Of a stretch of 64,000 bases of DNA, positions 25,661 through 39,070 are shown in pieces. Source of the DNA: Eledone cirrhosa (taxonomy: Eukaryota); NCBI GenBank assembly GCA_964016885.1, contig OZ024758.1, positions 29,388,001 through 29,452,000 of the forward strand, in the 5' to 3' direction. The number at the start of each line of letters is the position of its first letter. The first letter of the stretch is position 1. The translations under genes and the position numbers were made by a program. The notes beneath the pieces are model-generated. The model saw only the letters and a program-made list of their open reading frames with translations. It did no database searches and was not told the origin of the DNA.

Positions 25661-27800
25661 TTGACTTTATATTAAGTTCATGGAGTTCTTGCCTGTTCCT
25701 TTTCTGCATTTCAAGGATGGCCACTCCCAGATGGCAGAATATGAATGTCTGTTGCCACAGAAGTATCTAGAAGTGACACTCCGTCGGTTACCATGACGAG
25801 TCTTCCAGTTGATGCGATCAATGGAACAGCTGGCTCATAAAATTAACGTGCAAGTGGCTGAGCATTCCACAAAAACGTGTAACCTTAACGTAGTTCTCAG
25901 GGAGATTCAGTCTGACACAGAATGTGACAAGGTTGACACTTCGAATTACAGGTACAACTCATTTTTTGCCAGCTGAGTTGACTGGAGCAACATGAAATAA
26001 AGTGTCTTGCTCAAGAACACAATGTGCCACCAGGAATCAAACTCATGACCTTATGATTGTGAGCTGAATACCCCTAACCACAAAGCCACACACCTTCAAT
26101 GAAGTATCTAACTAGATTTTAAACAACATAGTTGGAGGCGCATGGCTTAGTGGTTAGAGCATTGGCTTGCAATCGAAAGGTTGTGAGTTCAATTCTCAGA
26201 CCGGGTGATGTGTTGTTTCCTTGAGCAAGACACTTTATTTCACATTGCTCCAGTTTACTCAGCTGTAGAAATGAGATGATAGGGACTGGGGTCCCTATCA
26301 AAGTGGTCGCAGAGGTGCCACGGCAAAAAAAGCACCCAGCACTCACTGTAAATGAGGTTGGTGTTAGGAAGGGCATCCATCTGTAGAAATCAGGCCAGAA
26401 TCAGTTCCTGTCCCACCCTTGCAAGCAGGGAAAAGCGGACGTAAAATGAAATTAATGATAGTTCAATTTTCCAGAAGAAATGAAAAGATGAGTTATATTT
26501 CAGTTATAAAAATATATTCTGGATGAAAGTTTATTTTTGGATAACTTGAATATGGGAAAAAGATTGCTCACCAGAATATTACCCGAGTTTTGGTGTAATT
26601 ATCATATGTAGTTTCTGTGACTCTCAACTTTGTTGTGACCTTTAGAGAACTAATCTTTATCATTATGTTAGTATGTAGTACATAATGAATTTAGGTTAGA
26701 TTTTCATCAATACTTTTAAAAAGATATTTTATATATTTATCAGGCAGTGAATTGGCAGAGTTGTTTGAACATTGGATAGAATGTTTTGTGGTATTTGTTC
26801 TGACTCTCTGGGATCAAATCCTGCAGAGGTCAACTTTGCCTTTCATCCATTCAAAGTCGATAAAAAAGTCCCAGTCAAGTACTGGGGTTGATTCTTTCTC
26901 TACATTTCTTTCTTACTTAATGAAAAAAAGGATTTTTGAGATTTTCTCTCCTCTTCTCCATAAAATGTTATCTACTTTGGTAGAAAGAGATCAACACAGA
27001 AAACGTGTCAAATCTTTATTTAGATAAATAAGCTGATGGCAAGGAGACAACATGAATACTTATTACTGTAACTTTATTGTGATAGCTATGACACATAATT
27101 GTTTCTACTATAGGCACAAGGCCAGCAATTTTAAGGGGAGGGGAAAGTCGATTAAATCGACCCCAGTAATTACTGGTACTTTATTTTATCGAACCTGTAA
27201 GGATGAAAGGCAAAGCTAATAATCATGGCAGGATTTGAACTCAGAACATAAACGGCCGTAACTCTATGCCTCGCAGCATGTTGTTCGGCACTCTACCATT
27301 ATTATCATCAGTATGGCACACACGAGTGATCAAAACATTGGAAAACCGATCTAGAAGGAATAAATTTATGTTTATTTTTATCAAGTTGGTGGTGGGGGAT
27401 GTGTAGCGGATAAGTGGTATTCTTTTGATGGGTGTTTGGTGAAAAGAATAATTGTTTCTACTTTAGGCACAAGGCCAACAATTACCCAGTGCATTACTGG
27501 TACTTTATTTTATCGACCCCGTAAGGATGAAAGGCAAAGTCAACCTCGGCGTTTGGTGAAAAGAATAATGCCATGATTGAGTTGTTAACAACGTTTATTT
27601 TATAATAACAATATTCACTTTAAAAATCGAGTAATATTATTTATGACATGAATTATCCCTACATTAAGTAGCTGACTAACTTCTACGAGTTAGAGTAAAT
27701 GCATGTACCACAGAAAACGATAAAGTAAAAGTTGTGTTGTATCTTACAGATACAATATGACAGGAAGAATAGGGTGAGCGTAGAATGTAAACAATATGAA

Positions 27801-27805
<5 letters not shown>

Positions 27806-27896
<91 letters not shown>
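27806..27896. repeat. (TG)n microsatellite
   Basis: Direct reading. Confidence 0.97.
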
Positions 27897-27897
<1 letters not shown>

Positions 27898-29647
27898 CTT
27901 CTTCTCAAGGATGCTGCTTCATGTCTGGATCCCTGGCTGTGTCTGTGGCCGGTAAGATGGAAGCCAGTAAGGGCCAGGAGAGAGATAGGGTAAACGGACT
28001 GTTACATCGTGAACATTAACACGGACTGCTTGCTTCGGTCTCTGTGGCCGTTAGATTCCTTAACTCCTTGTACTTATAATAGTGCTAGAGTTAGAAGGAT
28101 GTGTATATGAGGTTGATTTATGATCAGCCATGTGGATATCGTCTCCCAAGATTCTGGGGTCACAGGTCAAGTGGAATGTACGTTTATCACCGTTGTCTTT
28201 GACAAAACAATGGTGGGAACCTCCAACGATAGATGGTCCTAGAGGCGAGAAACTTCAGATTCGGTTTCGAATCTTCGCCGGTAAAACATAGGAGTATTCC
28301 GTTATAGATGCACATTTAACATTTTAAAATAAAGCTGTGTTGATACTAAATTTCTATTTCTAGAGTAAGAGATTCACGCTCATATGGTGAACATATACCA
28401 GGGGTACCTCATATAATATTTTAAGCCAGCGTTTCTCAACTAGTATTTCCTGGAACCCTAGGGCTCTGCAAGAGGTTGCTAGAAGCTCCACAAGAAACTG
28501 ATAAATAAGCTAATATATTTTTGAGTAATTTTTGTTTAATATATATTCATAATTTTAGTATACATATACGGCATATTGTTGGAGAATCCTTGGTTATTAT
28601 AATAAAGGCTTCAACCTCTTATATTATCTAAAACCAGGTCATTACCTGTCCATGGTATATAGCTATTTTTATGCAGGGATGACCTGACACATGAATATTA
28701 TTGTGGATTGGCAGTATCGGTGGAGGGTCGGACGCCATGCTTTCCAGCATAGTTACGTCCCTTTACGATCTGAGTTCAAATCCCGCCGAGGTTGACTTTG
28801 CCTTTCATCCTTACGGGGTCGATAAAATAAAGTACCAGTAATGCACTGGGTAATTGCTGGCCTTGTGCCTAAAGTAGAAACAATTATTTCATGGGTTCCT
28901 TAAGGGTAAAAACCTTGACAAAAGCTGTTTTGAACTATGGCGTTCATTCTTTATAATGTAAGAATGTATTGGAATTTGCTTACTCTGATCGACCAACAAG
29001 ATCCCGGACCTCATATGCTTTCCGAGTGAAGTAGACCTCGTCAAACCAGACCAAGGAAACAATATTTCCATTGGTGATACTATCTATTGGTTGCAACTCC
29101 TTATTGGAATTTAAGAGAATTAAATATCAGATTAAATATCAATATAATGTCTAATATTTGACATTCTATGAAATAGTTGTTGCTCAGATGAATTTATTCT
29201 CCAGGTCCATCTTCTTTCCTCTACCAACACTATACTTATCAACCATTCCAACTTCCTCTCTCACACCAAACACCAAGCAAACTCTATCTATACCTCATAC
29301 CATCTCACCACCTCCTCCCATAATACTCACATGTTCCCACACCCTCGTTATTTTTCTCTCTATATATAATTATCATTTGTAGGTTATTGGCCTACATTGT
29401 CAGTTAACGATATTTTAGTTATGTTGTGTTTCTGTTCTTAACGTTTCTCAACTCTCAATTCCATATGATATTTTATTTTATCTGTTATATAAATGTTCTT
29501 TATCGACTTATATTATATTTTTGTAAACAAACCTTATGAATTAACAAAACGCTGAGAGTTAGAAATTAAAAAAATTAGAGATGTGAGTATCCCAAACGTA
29601 GAAACTAACTTTAATAATAGTTGACCACTATATTATATAATTTAAAT

Positions 29648-29835
29648 GGGCGGTGGATTGGCAGTATCGGTAGAGGGTCGGACGCCATGCTTTGACGCAT
29701 AGAGTTACGGCCCTTGCCATTCTGAGTTCAAATCCCGCCGAGGTTAACTTTGCCTTTCATCCTTACGGGGTCGATAAAATAAAGTACCAGTAATGTACTG
29801 AGGTAATTGCTGGCCTTGCGCCCAAAGTAGAAACA
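29648..29835 (+). mobile_element. tRNA-derived SINE with a Meta-like central domain, full length, with a ~20-bp TSD (ACTATATTATATAATTTAAA). Many further copies, e.g. 18335-18510(-), 19830-20003, 27098-27300(-), 28703-28887, 31282-31460, 40590-40705(-), 44670-44860 and 46342-46550(-)
   Basis: GGCGGTGGATTGGCAGTATCGGTAG head, GAGTTCAAATCCC B box, CTTTGCCTTTCATCCTTACGGGGTCGATAAAATAAAGTACCAGT core. Confidence 0.85.
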
Positions 29836-30999
29836 ACTATATTATATAATTTAAAATTTTCACCTAATTGTGAATTATTTGCATCATAACAATGGTGTCA
29901 AATTGGTACTAACTAATCTACCTACAGCCCCCCCCAACCCCCCCGAATAGGCTATGTAGCCGGTAAACCCTAAAGGGACGCAACACACATCGCTATAACG
30001 TTTCACCAGCCCTTTCCTTCTGTTGTCTGTATCTGTTTATGTATTTTGTAACTAAAGCAGAACGTACGTTACGAATGGACGACTAAATGATTTTAACTTG
30101 TTTTTTAACAATTGATGGTGGAAAAAATTTCAAATTGTGTTAACTCGGGCCGCAACTCGTGGTGTCTGACACCCTTACCGGCTACATAGCCTCTTCCTGA
30201 AGGATGAGCAGAAAAATATTACAGTGATAACTTGATTAGTTTGAACCTCTTCCGTTTTTCCTCCATAAAATCGGAAAGACAGCAGCCCTCCTAAGGAAGG
30301 AGCCTTTCGAAGTTGGGTGGTTGTGCAGCGGGTGTCGCTGGTTATTTACTGCGGCAATTGCTTTCGTCATTTTGTCCGCGGGACGCAGTTGAAACACCTC
30401 TCAAGGGTATAGAGTTTGTTGTCCCCTCCTTTTTGCCCTTTCTTTCGTTGCTTAATCTATTTTTATTTTTTTCTCTTTCTTTTTCTTTTCCTTATTGCTA
30501 CTTATATTGTACAGTTTTTATTACACGTTCGCTTTAATTTAATAAAAAATCCAGCTTTCTTTACTACATATTTCCAGTCAATTTCTTCTTCATAAAAAAA
30601 AGGGACATAAATTCAAACAGTTATTTCCCTTACATTTTTAATAAGTTACCTCCCTTATCAAAGACTTTTCCATCTATGCAAAATTATTTTCTTTTGACAT
30701 TTTTTTAAAGATACTATAAACAAACCTAGTTTTAAATATTACTGCATGTTACAAGTCACAACAAATATGACAACAAACTTGGAACCCTACTATAACATCT
30801 TATATATAACATCTTCATAATACATAGAGGAATTGAAAACACAAGGTTCTAAAAACCTTCGCTAAGTACAAACCACTCACTCCTTACAGACAACTAATGC
30901 CGTACACCAGGTCCGAACACGGAAGAGCCGAACTCCCACTGTCATCACCTCCATCTCTCTCGACCCCCCACACATCTCTCTGTATTATGAGCAAATAGG

Positions 31000-31235
31000 G
31001 TCCCACGTGCTGGAAGCCCCACGGCCCCGGTGGACAAAATGGAGAGAGCGTTTCTTCGGAGGATGGTAAGGGAGATGCGCTGGAAGAGCGATTCCATCTC
31101 GCGAGGCTCACACCTGCGGCTAACCATCTCAGCGCCTATGGTGGTAAATAGTGAGGTAGCCATAGGGCCAAGGACACCAGAAGTCTCCACTGCTAGGGGC
31201 ACGACCGCAAACCTGTCGGAGAGCGACCGATATTG
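31000..31235 (-). mobile_element. CRE-like retrotransposon 3' fragment (further ones at about 32860-32995, 36190-36420 and 47085-47300, all minus strand)
   Basis: PLAVETSGVLGP...LFQRISLTILRRNA; EPAGM...NGKRPGGV; homologous to 15445-15990. Confidence 0.75.
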
Positions 31236-31982
31236 TAAGATAATCTAGTAATTTGTAGAAACGACTCAGTAATTATATATATTGGCAGTATCAGTAGAGG
31301 GTTGGACGCCATGCTTTCTAGCATAGTTACGTCCCTTTACGGTTTGAGTTCAAATCCCGTCGAGGTTAACTTTGCCTTTCATCCTTACGGGGTCGATAAA
31401 ATAAAGTACCAGTAATGTACTGGGTAATTGCTGGTCTTGTGCCAAAAGTAGAAACAATTATATATACTACCTAATCACTGTTGACGATATCATTTAGTTA
31501 CTCAACAATGACTTTCCTCCTTTGGATGGCAATACGATACAGGCGGCGAATTGACAGAGTTGTTAGAATGTCGGATAGAATGCCTTGTGGTATTTGTTCC
31601 GACTCTCTGCTCTCTGAGTTCAAATCCTGCAGAGCTCAACTTTGTCTTTCATCCTTTCGAGGTCGATAAAAAAAGTACCAGTCTAATACTGGTGTCATTT
31701 CTTCCTCTATATCTTTTGCTTACTCCCCCCCCTCTCCTCTCTCACTTTCTATCTTTCTCTGGAAGAAATCTGCTGTCCTCAGGCCTGGAGAGGCATGGGC
31801 TCCACCAGGCTTAAAGTGTCCAAGAAACGCCGTATGTCAATACAACGCCCCTACGACTCTGTCAAGGTGTCACGGGACCCTGCATACATCATATTAAGTA
31901 CATGTCAGAGACCTCACGTTGTTTGATCCGTCTCTTTATGTTATGAGTTCAAATGACCGATTGAATCCGTCGCCTGATTTAA

Positions 31983-32224
31983 CACCACCAGCACCAGCAC
32001 TCCATCAGAGCCCCCCCCCCCCCCCCCCCCCCCCCCCAGCACCCCATTACCCCATCACACTACCACCACTACCATCACCACCACCCCATCACCATCACCA
32101 CCACCACCACCAGCACCCCCATCAGACCCCCCAGCACCCCAGCATACTACGACCCCCACCCCCCATCAGCACCCCATTACCCCATTACACTACCACCCCC
32201 ACCCCCCCACCACCACCACCACCT
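31983..32224. repeat. C-rich (CCA)n/poly-C low-complexity tract
   Basis: Direct reading; explains the Pro/His-rich ORF. Confidence 0.9.
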
Positions 32225-32270
32225 TCTGTACTAATGTATTTCTTGGCTTACCACATGAAATACATTAGTA

Positions 32271-32623
32271 CAGGAGTCGCCAACCGGTGGTCTGCAGAAA
32301 AATTTTGACATTATTTGCAATTTTTATGTTTTATTAATAATAAAACAAAAATAATATTCGGTTAAAATATATTTAATAAAACCCCCTAAAAATGTTTCTC
32401 CTCATTAAGTAACTAACGTCCATGAAACAATTTTACACATATGTATCATCTATCGACAATATGACACAGGTACACTTCAGTATTGTTTAATAAAATGGAA
32501 GTTCTCGGATCATTATTTTACAAATGTATTTATCTTTTAAAAAAAAATTCATATTAGTGGGTCTGCAGGATTTAGAATTATGAATTTAGTGGTTGGTGAG
32601 GTCGGAAAGGTTGGCGACCGCTG
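32271..32623. mobile_element. hAT-like MITE
   Basis: TIRs CAGGAGTCGCCAACC / GGTTGGCGACCGCTG. Confidence 0.7.
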
Positions 32624-33588
32624 TTTTAGTGCTCACTTTACTAAGGAGAACAGTACCAACTAGAAGACTCTGATGTTGGTTTGTTAAAAAATTACTGTAT
32701 TTTTGTTCCACAATTTGATCATAGTTTTAACTATTTACCTACAGAAAGTCTAATAATCTGTATTTAACGATTTATTAGTGTTTTATTTTTTAACAAAGTG
32801 AGAGAACTTTATTCCCCATGCCTCCGCCATAAATGCAACTTGAGGAACAGTCCATTTCGTGGTCGCGGCAGACAGGATGGAGAAGACATTCCCCCGGGGG
32901 ATGGCAAGGGAAACATACTGGAACAGCCACTCCACCTTGCGGGGCTCGCACTTATGGGTAGCGAAACCCTCCCCGATAGCAGTGAGGAGGGATAACACAT
33001 CAGTGGGACTTTATTTAATAATAAAAGAAGTAAATTTATAATTCATCAAGGTTTGCATAGACAAAAACAAAACAAACAAAACGAAACAAACAAAAAACAA
33101 AAAGAAAGGGAATGATTTTAAATATTGAAAGTGAGGGAAAGGAGAGAGGGGACGGCTGATTCTACAGATCAGTTCAGGCCAGGGTTTCCCAAACCTTTTT
33201 CAAACGCAGAACCTTTTTTTGTTCAGAAACCTTTGAGGAAACCCCAAAGTCTAATACTGTTATATAGTCGTAATATAAATATATTCCTCTACCTTTCTCA
33301 TGGAACCCCAGACACTCCCTTGCAGAACCTTTAGGTTCCACAGAACCCTCTTTGGGAACCACTTGTCTTGGTGATGTTTCTCATACCAGCTATACATGTT
33401 TTAGAACGACCTTTTTGAGAACGTTTTACGTGATGAAAGAGCTAAAGGACTTTGCTCTTGATGATACACATTATAAGAGACAGTTTAGAAGCTTCCAGTA
33501 GATCCACAATTTTTATATGGTCCACCTAGTTTGTGGTTTGTCATGAGCCTCATAATATGGTTTTGAAAGGTCTCGATTTTATTAATCA

Positions 33589-34190
33589 CTAGCAGTGGTA
33601 CCCGGCGTTGCACGGGATAAGGTATTTTGGAACGCGGGCCGCCAACAGACCTAATCGTGGAAAAACTGCATGCCTGGACAATATGTAAAGAAAATAAACA
33701 GAATACTCTGATGGCTGGATAATCTTTAAGATTTTCCTTGATGAAGTAGGAAAAATGCAGGTTTTCACCTAATGCGGGCCCTAGGGGATCAAGAATATGA
33801 ATTTTTTTATGTGCACAATATGCCTTGAAATTTCAGGAGACGTAACGCCTCAAAAAAGCCCTAAAAAGCTGAAAAATGAAGTTTTTCACTTAATGCGGGC
33901 CCTAGGCCATAAACAAGTTGGATTTTCTTTGCTCACGGTATGAATCAGAGACTGACTAATACATAGTTACAATTGCAAGGAAATCGGTCTGACGTAACGC
34001 CTAAAAAAACCCCTAAAAAGCTGAAAAAACGCGGTTTTTCACCTAATGTGGTCCCTAGGGGATCAAAAAGTTGTACACATGTAAAGTTTGAAAAAAATGG
34101 GTTGGGTACTTCTCGAGTTTTAGGGATTCAAACTCACAGACACATACACACACAGACAGACAGACATCCTCAGTTTTATATATATATAGA
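33589..34190 (-). mobile_element. Non-autonomous Helitron
   Basis: The minus strand starts A|TCTATATA and ends with a GC hairpin (CCCGTGCAACGCCGGG) then CTAG|T. Internal tandem repeats and a (CAGA)n microsatellite. Confidence 0.8.
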
Positions 34191-34350
34191 TGGATGAGGT
34201 CCAATTAACATATTCAAGACAATAAATGACATACGAGTTCTAGATTTTTACTTTTGAAATAAAGTGGGATCCATTTTGAGGTTAAAGGGATCCTTATTTT
34301 TCTTTAAAGCTGCCAAACATCATTCGTGCTTGACAGTTTATGGCCTGGAT

Positions 34351-34702
34351 CAGAGGTTCTCAATGTGGGCTTGAGAAGGTCCATGGGAGCGCTGGGGCCT
34401 AGGGGGTGCGTGGCGAGGAAAAGTAGAGATACTGAAATAGTATATTAAATATCAAATGATACATATTATAAATATAGTAAAATAAAATAAATATATAATA
34501 TTTATTTATACATAGTATATATTATATTATTTATTATATATAAATTAACGAATTTATTTATTACATATTATTTACATTTTGCGTGTTGGTAGGTCTCTCT
34601 GGAAATCAGGTTTTGGGGGGGGGCTTTGAGGTTATTACGTGGCTGTGAGGTGTGTGTGGAGGGGGGGGGGGGCAGTGGCCCCAAAAGGTTTGAGAACCTC
34701 TG
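34351..34702. mobile_element. hAT-like MITE
   Basis: TIRs CAGAGGTTCTCAA / TTGAGAACCTCTG; imperfect 8-bp TSD GCCTGGAT/GTCTAGAT. Confidence 0.75.
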
Positions 34703-35949
34703 GTCTAGATAGACAAATTCTGAAACTTGTATGGGTTTACCATATATTGTGAAGGTTGACTATTCTTATCGACAGACATTTTATCCCACTTGCTTCAAAA
34801 TCACGTGATACACCTGCAAAAAAAAAAAAAAAAATGGTTTCGTCTTTAAATTTGCTCCAATTGGTTATTATATAAATATTCATACCGTCGTAATTTTGTT
34901 GTCACTTTTTATTTGTAAATGGAAACCACTGGATAAATTAGCATTTTTTATTTTGCCAAATTGTTTTTGAAATTGAAGTTACGAATTAAGGTAAATCATA
35001 ATATTTTGTACTTTATTTTCAAACACAATTATTTATTTATTATTCTCTTTAAAAAAACAAACCCGAAACAACTTCACCCGAAACTGTTCAAATTAAGCAG
35101 TAGCTGTATTTTCCACATATATTTCACTTCATCACCGTTGTTTTTGAGGGTTTGAAAATGTTTAAATTATCACATCTTCACGAGAACCTCTCCTTGCCGA
35201 TAAAAAGAAAAAGAGCCCCCCCCCCCCCCCAACAACAACGCCCCGTTTGGACCAAATCTTAGGAAACTAATATCTGTTATTATAGATATCTCAATCACAA
35301 GTTGACCGTTTACAAAGCTACTGAGCTACTGGCCGAAACCTTTAGAATATGTCTTCTGCTTTCTTGGAAATGTGATGTTTCTGGTCTACCGAGCTATATA
35401 AGATAATTGTTTCTACTTTTGGCACAAGGCCGGCAAAATTACCCAGTACATTACTGGTACTTTATTTTATCGACCCCGCAAGGATGAAAAGCAAAGTTAA
35501 CCTCGGCGGGATTTGAACTCAGACCATACAGGGCCGTAACTCTTTGCTGCAAAGCATGGCGTCCGACCCTCTACCGATACTACCAATCTACCGCTAAATA
35601 AGATAATTGTTTCTACTTTTGGCACAAGGCCAGCAATTATCCCAGTGCATTACTGGTACTTTATTTTATCGTAAGGATGAAAGGCAAAGTTAACCTCGGC
35701 GGGATTTGAACTCAGTCCGTAAAGGGACGTAACTGTCTGCAAAGCATGGCGTCCGACCCTCTACCGATACTGTAAAGATAATGATACTATATATGCACAG
35801 CCTTCGCCTGAGCCCAAAGACATTGGTAAATTATTGGCGTTTTAGCTCGCGTTTAGCTGAACTTTATTTTTTTTTTAATCATAAATCTTTACTCATTTCT
35901 AAATATTCATGCTAAAAAATAAATATATGTATATATATTTTCAGTAATC

Positions 35950-35970
35950 ATGGCCAGTTATTCTTTTCGG
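35950..35970 (+). CDS. Putative first coding exon of the RING-H2 gene (MASYSFR); the exon starts at 35945
   Basis: tttttcAG acceptor at 35943-44, ATG at 35950, CGG|GTAAGT donor; phase 0, compatible with the downstream exons. Confidence 0.55.
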
Positions 35971-36546
35971 GTAAGTATTAATTCTAAAATATACAAAATA
36001 TTTTCTCCACCTGTAGAATAGAGAAACAATCAAACTTTGAAATCATATACACCCAACATACACCTATGCCAGTCGTTGGGGGTACTACTCTAGGCAGTTT
36101 ACTGTGTCCATCATGGCATTTCAATGAGTCTTAGAAATTCTTGACGGTGTCCTCTCCAAACGTCCAGCTCCTAAGTTTATCTTGATACCAATATTGTCTG
36201 CTGATAATACCTGTTATTTTAGAATTTTATTCTGTTCGGCTACAGATGTAGTGACCTTAATCTTTACCACAGCATCCACGATGTGGGAAGAAGCGAAATA
36301 ACCACTAACTGTGGCGCCCTAAATGGGACATCTATCTCGTACCCAGTAACACAGGATAACTCCTCCTGGCCTCTTCCCGTTAACCTTGGACATTCCTGCT
36401 GGCTCTAGAATTGGAGTTATTGACTTGAATAGAATTGTTTTAGTGCAATCAGCGCAATAATATACGGCTTCTAGTGTAGACACAAGGCGTTTCATTACAT
36501 CTAAGCCAGTACTGCGGTAATGCATTATTATACCGACACATTCAAG

Positions 36547-36770
36547 GGCGGTAGATTGGCAGTATAGGTAGAGGGTCGGACGCCATGCTAGGGTGGTGGA
36601 TTGGCAGTATAGGTAGAGGGTCGGACGCCATGCTAGGGTGGTAGATTGGCAGTATCGGTAGAGGGTCGGACGCCATGCTAGGGTGGTGGATTGGCAGTAT
36701 CGGTAGAGGTCGGACGCCATGCTAGGGTGGTAGATTGGCAGTATCGGTAGAGGGTCGGACGCCATGCTTT
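36547..36770 (+). repeat. 44-bp tandem repeat made of the SINE 5' head (about 5 copies), running into a SINE dimer that ends near 37113
   Basis: The unit GGT(A/G)GATTGGCAGTAT(A/C)GGTAGAGGGTCGGACGCCATGCTAGGGT is repeated. Confidence 0.92.
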
Positions 36771-37323
36771 GCAGCATAGTTACGCCCCTTTACGGTCTGA
36801 GTTCAAATCCCGCCGAGGTTAACTTTGCCTTTTATCCTTACGGGGGTCGATAAAATAAAGTACCAGTAATGCACTGGGATAATTGCTGGCCTTGTGCCTA
36901 AAGTAGAAACAATTATCTTATTTAGCGGTAGATTGGCAGTATCGGTAGAGGGTCGGACGCCATGCTTTGCAGCAACGAGTTACGGCCCTTTATGGTCTGA
37001 GTTCAAATCCCGCAGAGGTTAACTTTGCCTTTTATCCTTACGGGGTCGATAAAATAAAGTACCAGTAATACACTGGGATAATTGCTGGTTTTGAGCCCAA
37101 AGTAGAAACAATTATTATACTTACACACGAAGGATGGAAATTTGACGTAGGCATTTGAAGACAAATTCATTGTTTTAGTTATTCGATAACCATTAGTTTT
37201 ATAGGTTTCCATAACATTTGTTTTAAAATCTGCATTTGAGTAAAAACAAATCTAAAAATCGAATTAGAAAAATTCCTTTATGAAAGTTTAATTATAAAAT
37301 GTGAAATATTCATTTTTATGTAG

Positions 37324-37362
37324 TATCCAGAAGTACTGGGTGAACTCTACTGGATATTAACG
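37324..37362 (+). CDS. 39-nt microexon of the RING-H2 gene (YPEVLGELYWILT)
   Basis: tttttatgtAG acceptor, ACG|GTAAGT donor, open in phase 0. Confidence 0.55.
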
Positions 37363-39070
37363 GTAAGTAAAATTTATTTTAGTTATTTGACATAAACAAC
37401 TATACACTGTATAGCACTTTCACAACGAGGGCATTAATTTTTAAAGCTACGTTTCAGAGAGAGTGTGTGTGTGTGTGTGCGTGTGTGTGTGTGAAGAAAT
37501 AGAAGTATCTATTTTATGTAGGCTAATTCGCGTTTACATAACAAAATATAGTCAGCTTACTAGTTTGTTGAGCTTGACGTGGCCGATGGAATTGCGTAAC
37601 ATAAATATCTTGATATAAGATGCGTCACCAAGCCTGGTACATAGGTTCCAAAGATTATTCCACGGAGTAATTTAGTATGAACAGGGTACTAGGAAAAACT
37701 AAAATAGATTTGTTGAAATTGGAAGAACAAGTGTTTCAATGCAGTTATCCAGTCGCCTACAAAAGCTGGATTATTACATAATCCACTTAACCACACTACG
37801 TAGGTTAAAGCTGCATTTCACTAGAATTTCTTCCGAAACTCTGATGAAATACAGATTTAAACTACGCAGTGCGGGATAGTGGATTATGTAATAATCCAGC
37901 TTTCGTAGGCGATTGCATAACGTGTTAGGGACCTTATTGTAAAATGCTTCATCGAATTTCAACAAATCTTGCCTACTTTTACTTCGAATCCTGTTTATAT
38001 ATATATATATATATTAGTAAAAGGAAAAGAAAATGCTGACAAATTGTTCCCAGTGAAAAATAGTTTAATTAGGAATAAGTAAAAATTAATAAGTATTGGT
38101 TAGTATTCAGCTTTAAGTTTTTACCGGTTGCGCATTTCTAATGCTTTTCAAAAATAATTTTGAGATAGAGCGCCCGTGATGTTTGCTCTAATCTGATCAG
38201 TTTTGGAAATTCTACCAGTTTTATGTAAAAAAAGTGGCTCCAGAGGTATTAAGATTTGGTTGGTTGTTGAATGTCACGTGAATGAGTACAAGTTTCGCCA
38301 ATTCGTGTTGCAAAAATTCTTGTCAAAACAATTTTGATTGGTCGGTAGAGGCCACGAATGTTAAAAATTGTTTTTGCGCCAAATGTAGGTTTGTCGAAAA
38401 GTGTCCTTTTTCGCCTGATTGAGAAGTCACTGAAAAATAAGGCGCGCGCGCGTGCGCGTGCGTGTGCGTGTGCGTGTGCGTGTGTGTGTGTGTCAACAGT
38501 TCAGGTGCCTATTAAGACGTGTGTGTGTGTCAGAGTAATTCGTGGTAGTAGGAATGCGTCTGTACGTGTGTGGGGGATATTTTAACTCTTGTCTTATACG
38601 GAGAAGTGTATGTATATGTCTCTTTGTATGTTAGTGTATATGTGTGTGTGTGAATGGACCAGTATTTTTGTGATACTGGTAAAAATGGTGTACATTATTC
38701 GATATTTTCAGTAAAAAAGATTCTCTCAAGAGAACATCAAAAACATTAATAATAAAAGGTGTGAAATGATATTTAGTATTGTCATAACACCAAGGTGTGT
38801 GTGAATGTCCAGATTGTACGTACTGCAAGGGGAATCCATTAGGCCCTGCCGTATGGGAATACTTGTGTACAAATATGTATGTGCCCATCAGTGTGCAATG
38901 TATGTGTGCGTATATGTAAATATCAAACTCGTCGGGCCTCTATTGTGGTAATGACAGAGGTCCAACGAGCTTTTGATTCCAGAGTCGGGCTAGATCGAAC
39001 CTTGAGCTGATCAATAGCGAAACGCGCGACACTACTCAATCGTAATGAAGTCATAACAAATCGTCCTTTC

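Noticed and set aside
28043-28390. Possible solo LTR (TG...AATAAA...CA followed by TATGGTG)
   Set aside because: No second LTR, TSD or internal domain visible; insufficient support.
30195-30215. CTGAAGGA near a GAAA as a further hammerhead
   Set aside because: Does not match CUGANGA, and no compatible stem II or stem III can be drawn.
31919-32308. Pro/His-rich 129-aa ORF
   Set aside because: A poly-C/(CCA)n low-complexity tract following a SINE remnant; no splice or domain support.
36319-36777. 152-aa ORF with LYRYCQSTTLAWRPT repeats
   Set aside because: Antisense translation of the 44/45-bp SINE-head array running into a CRE-like fragment.
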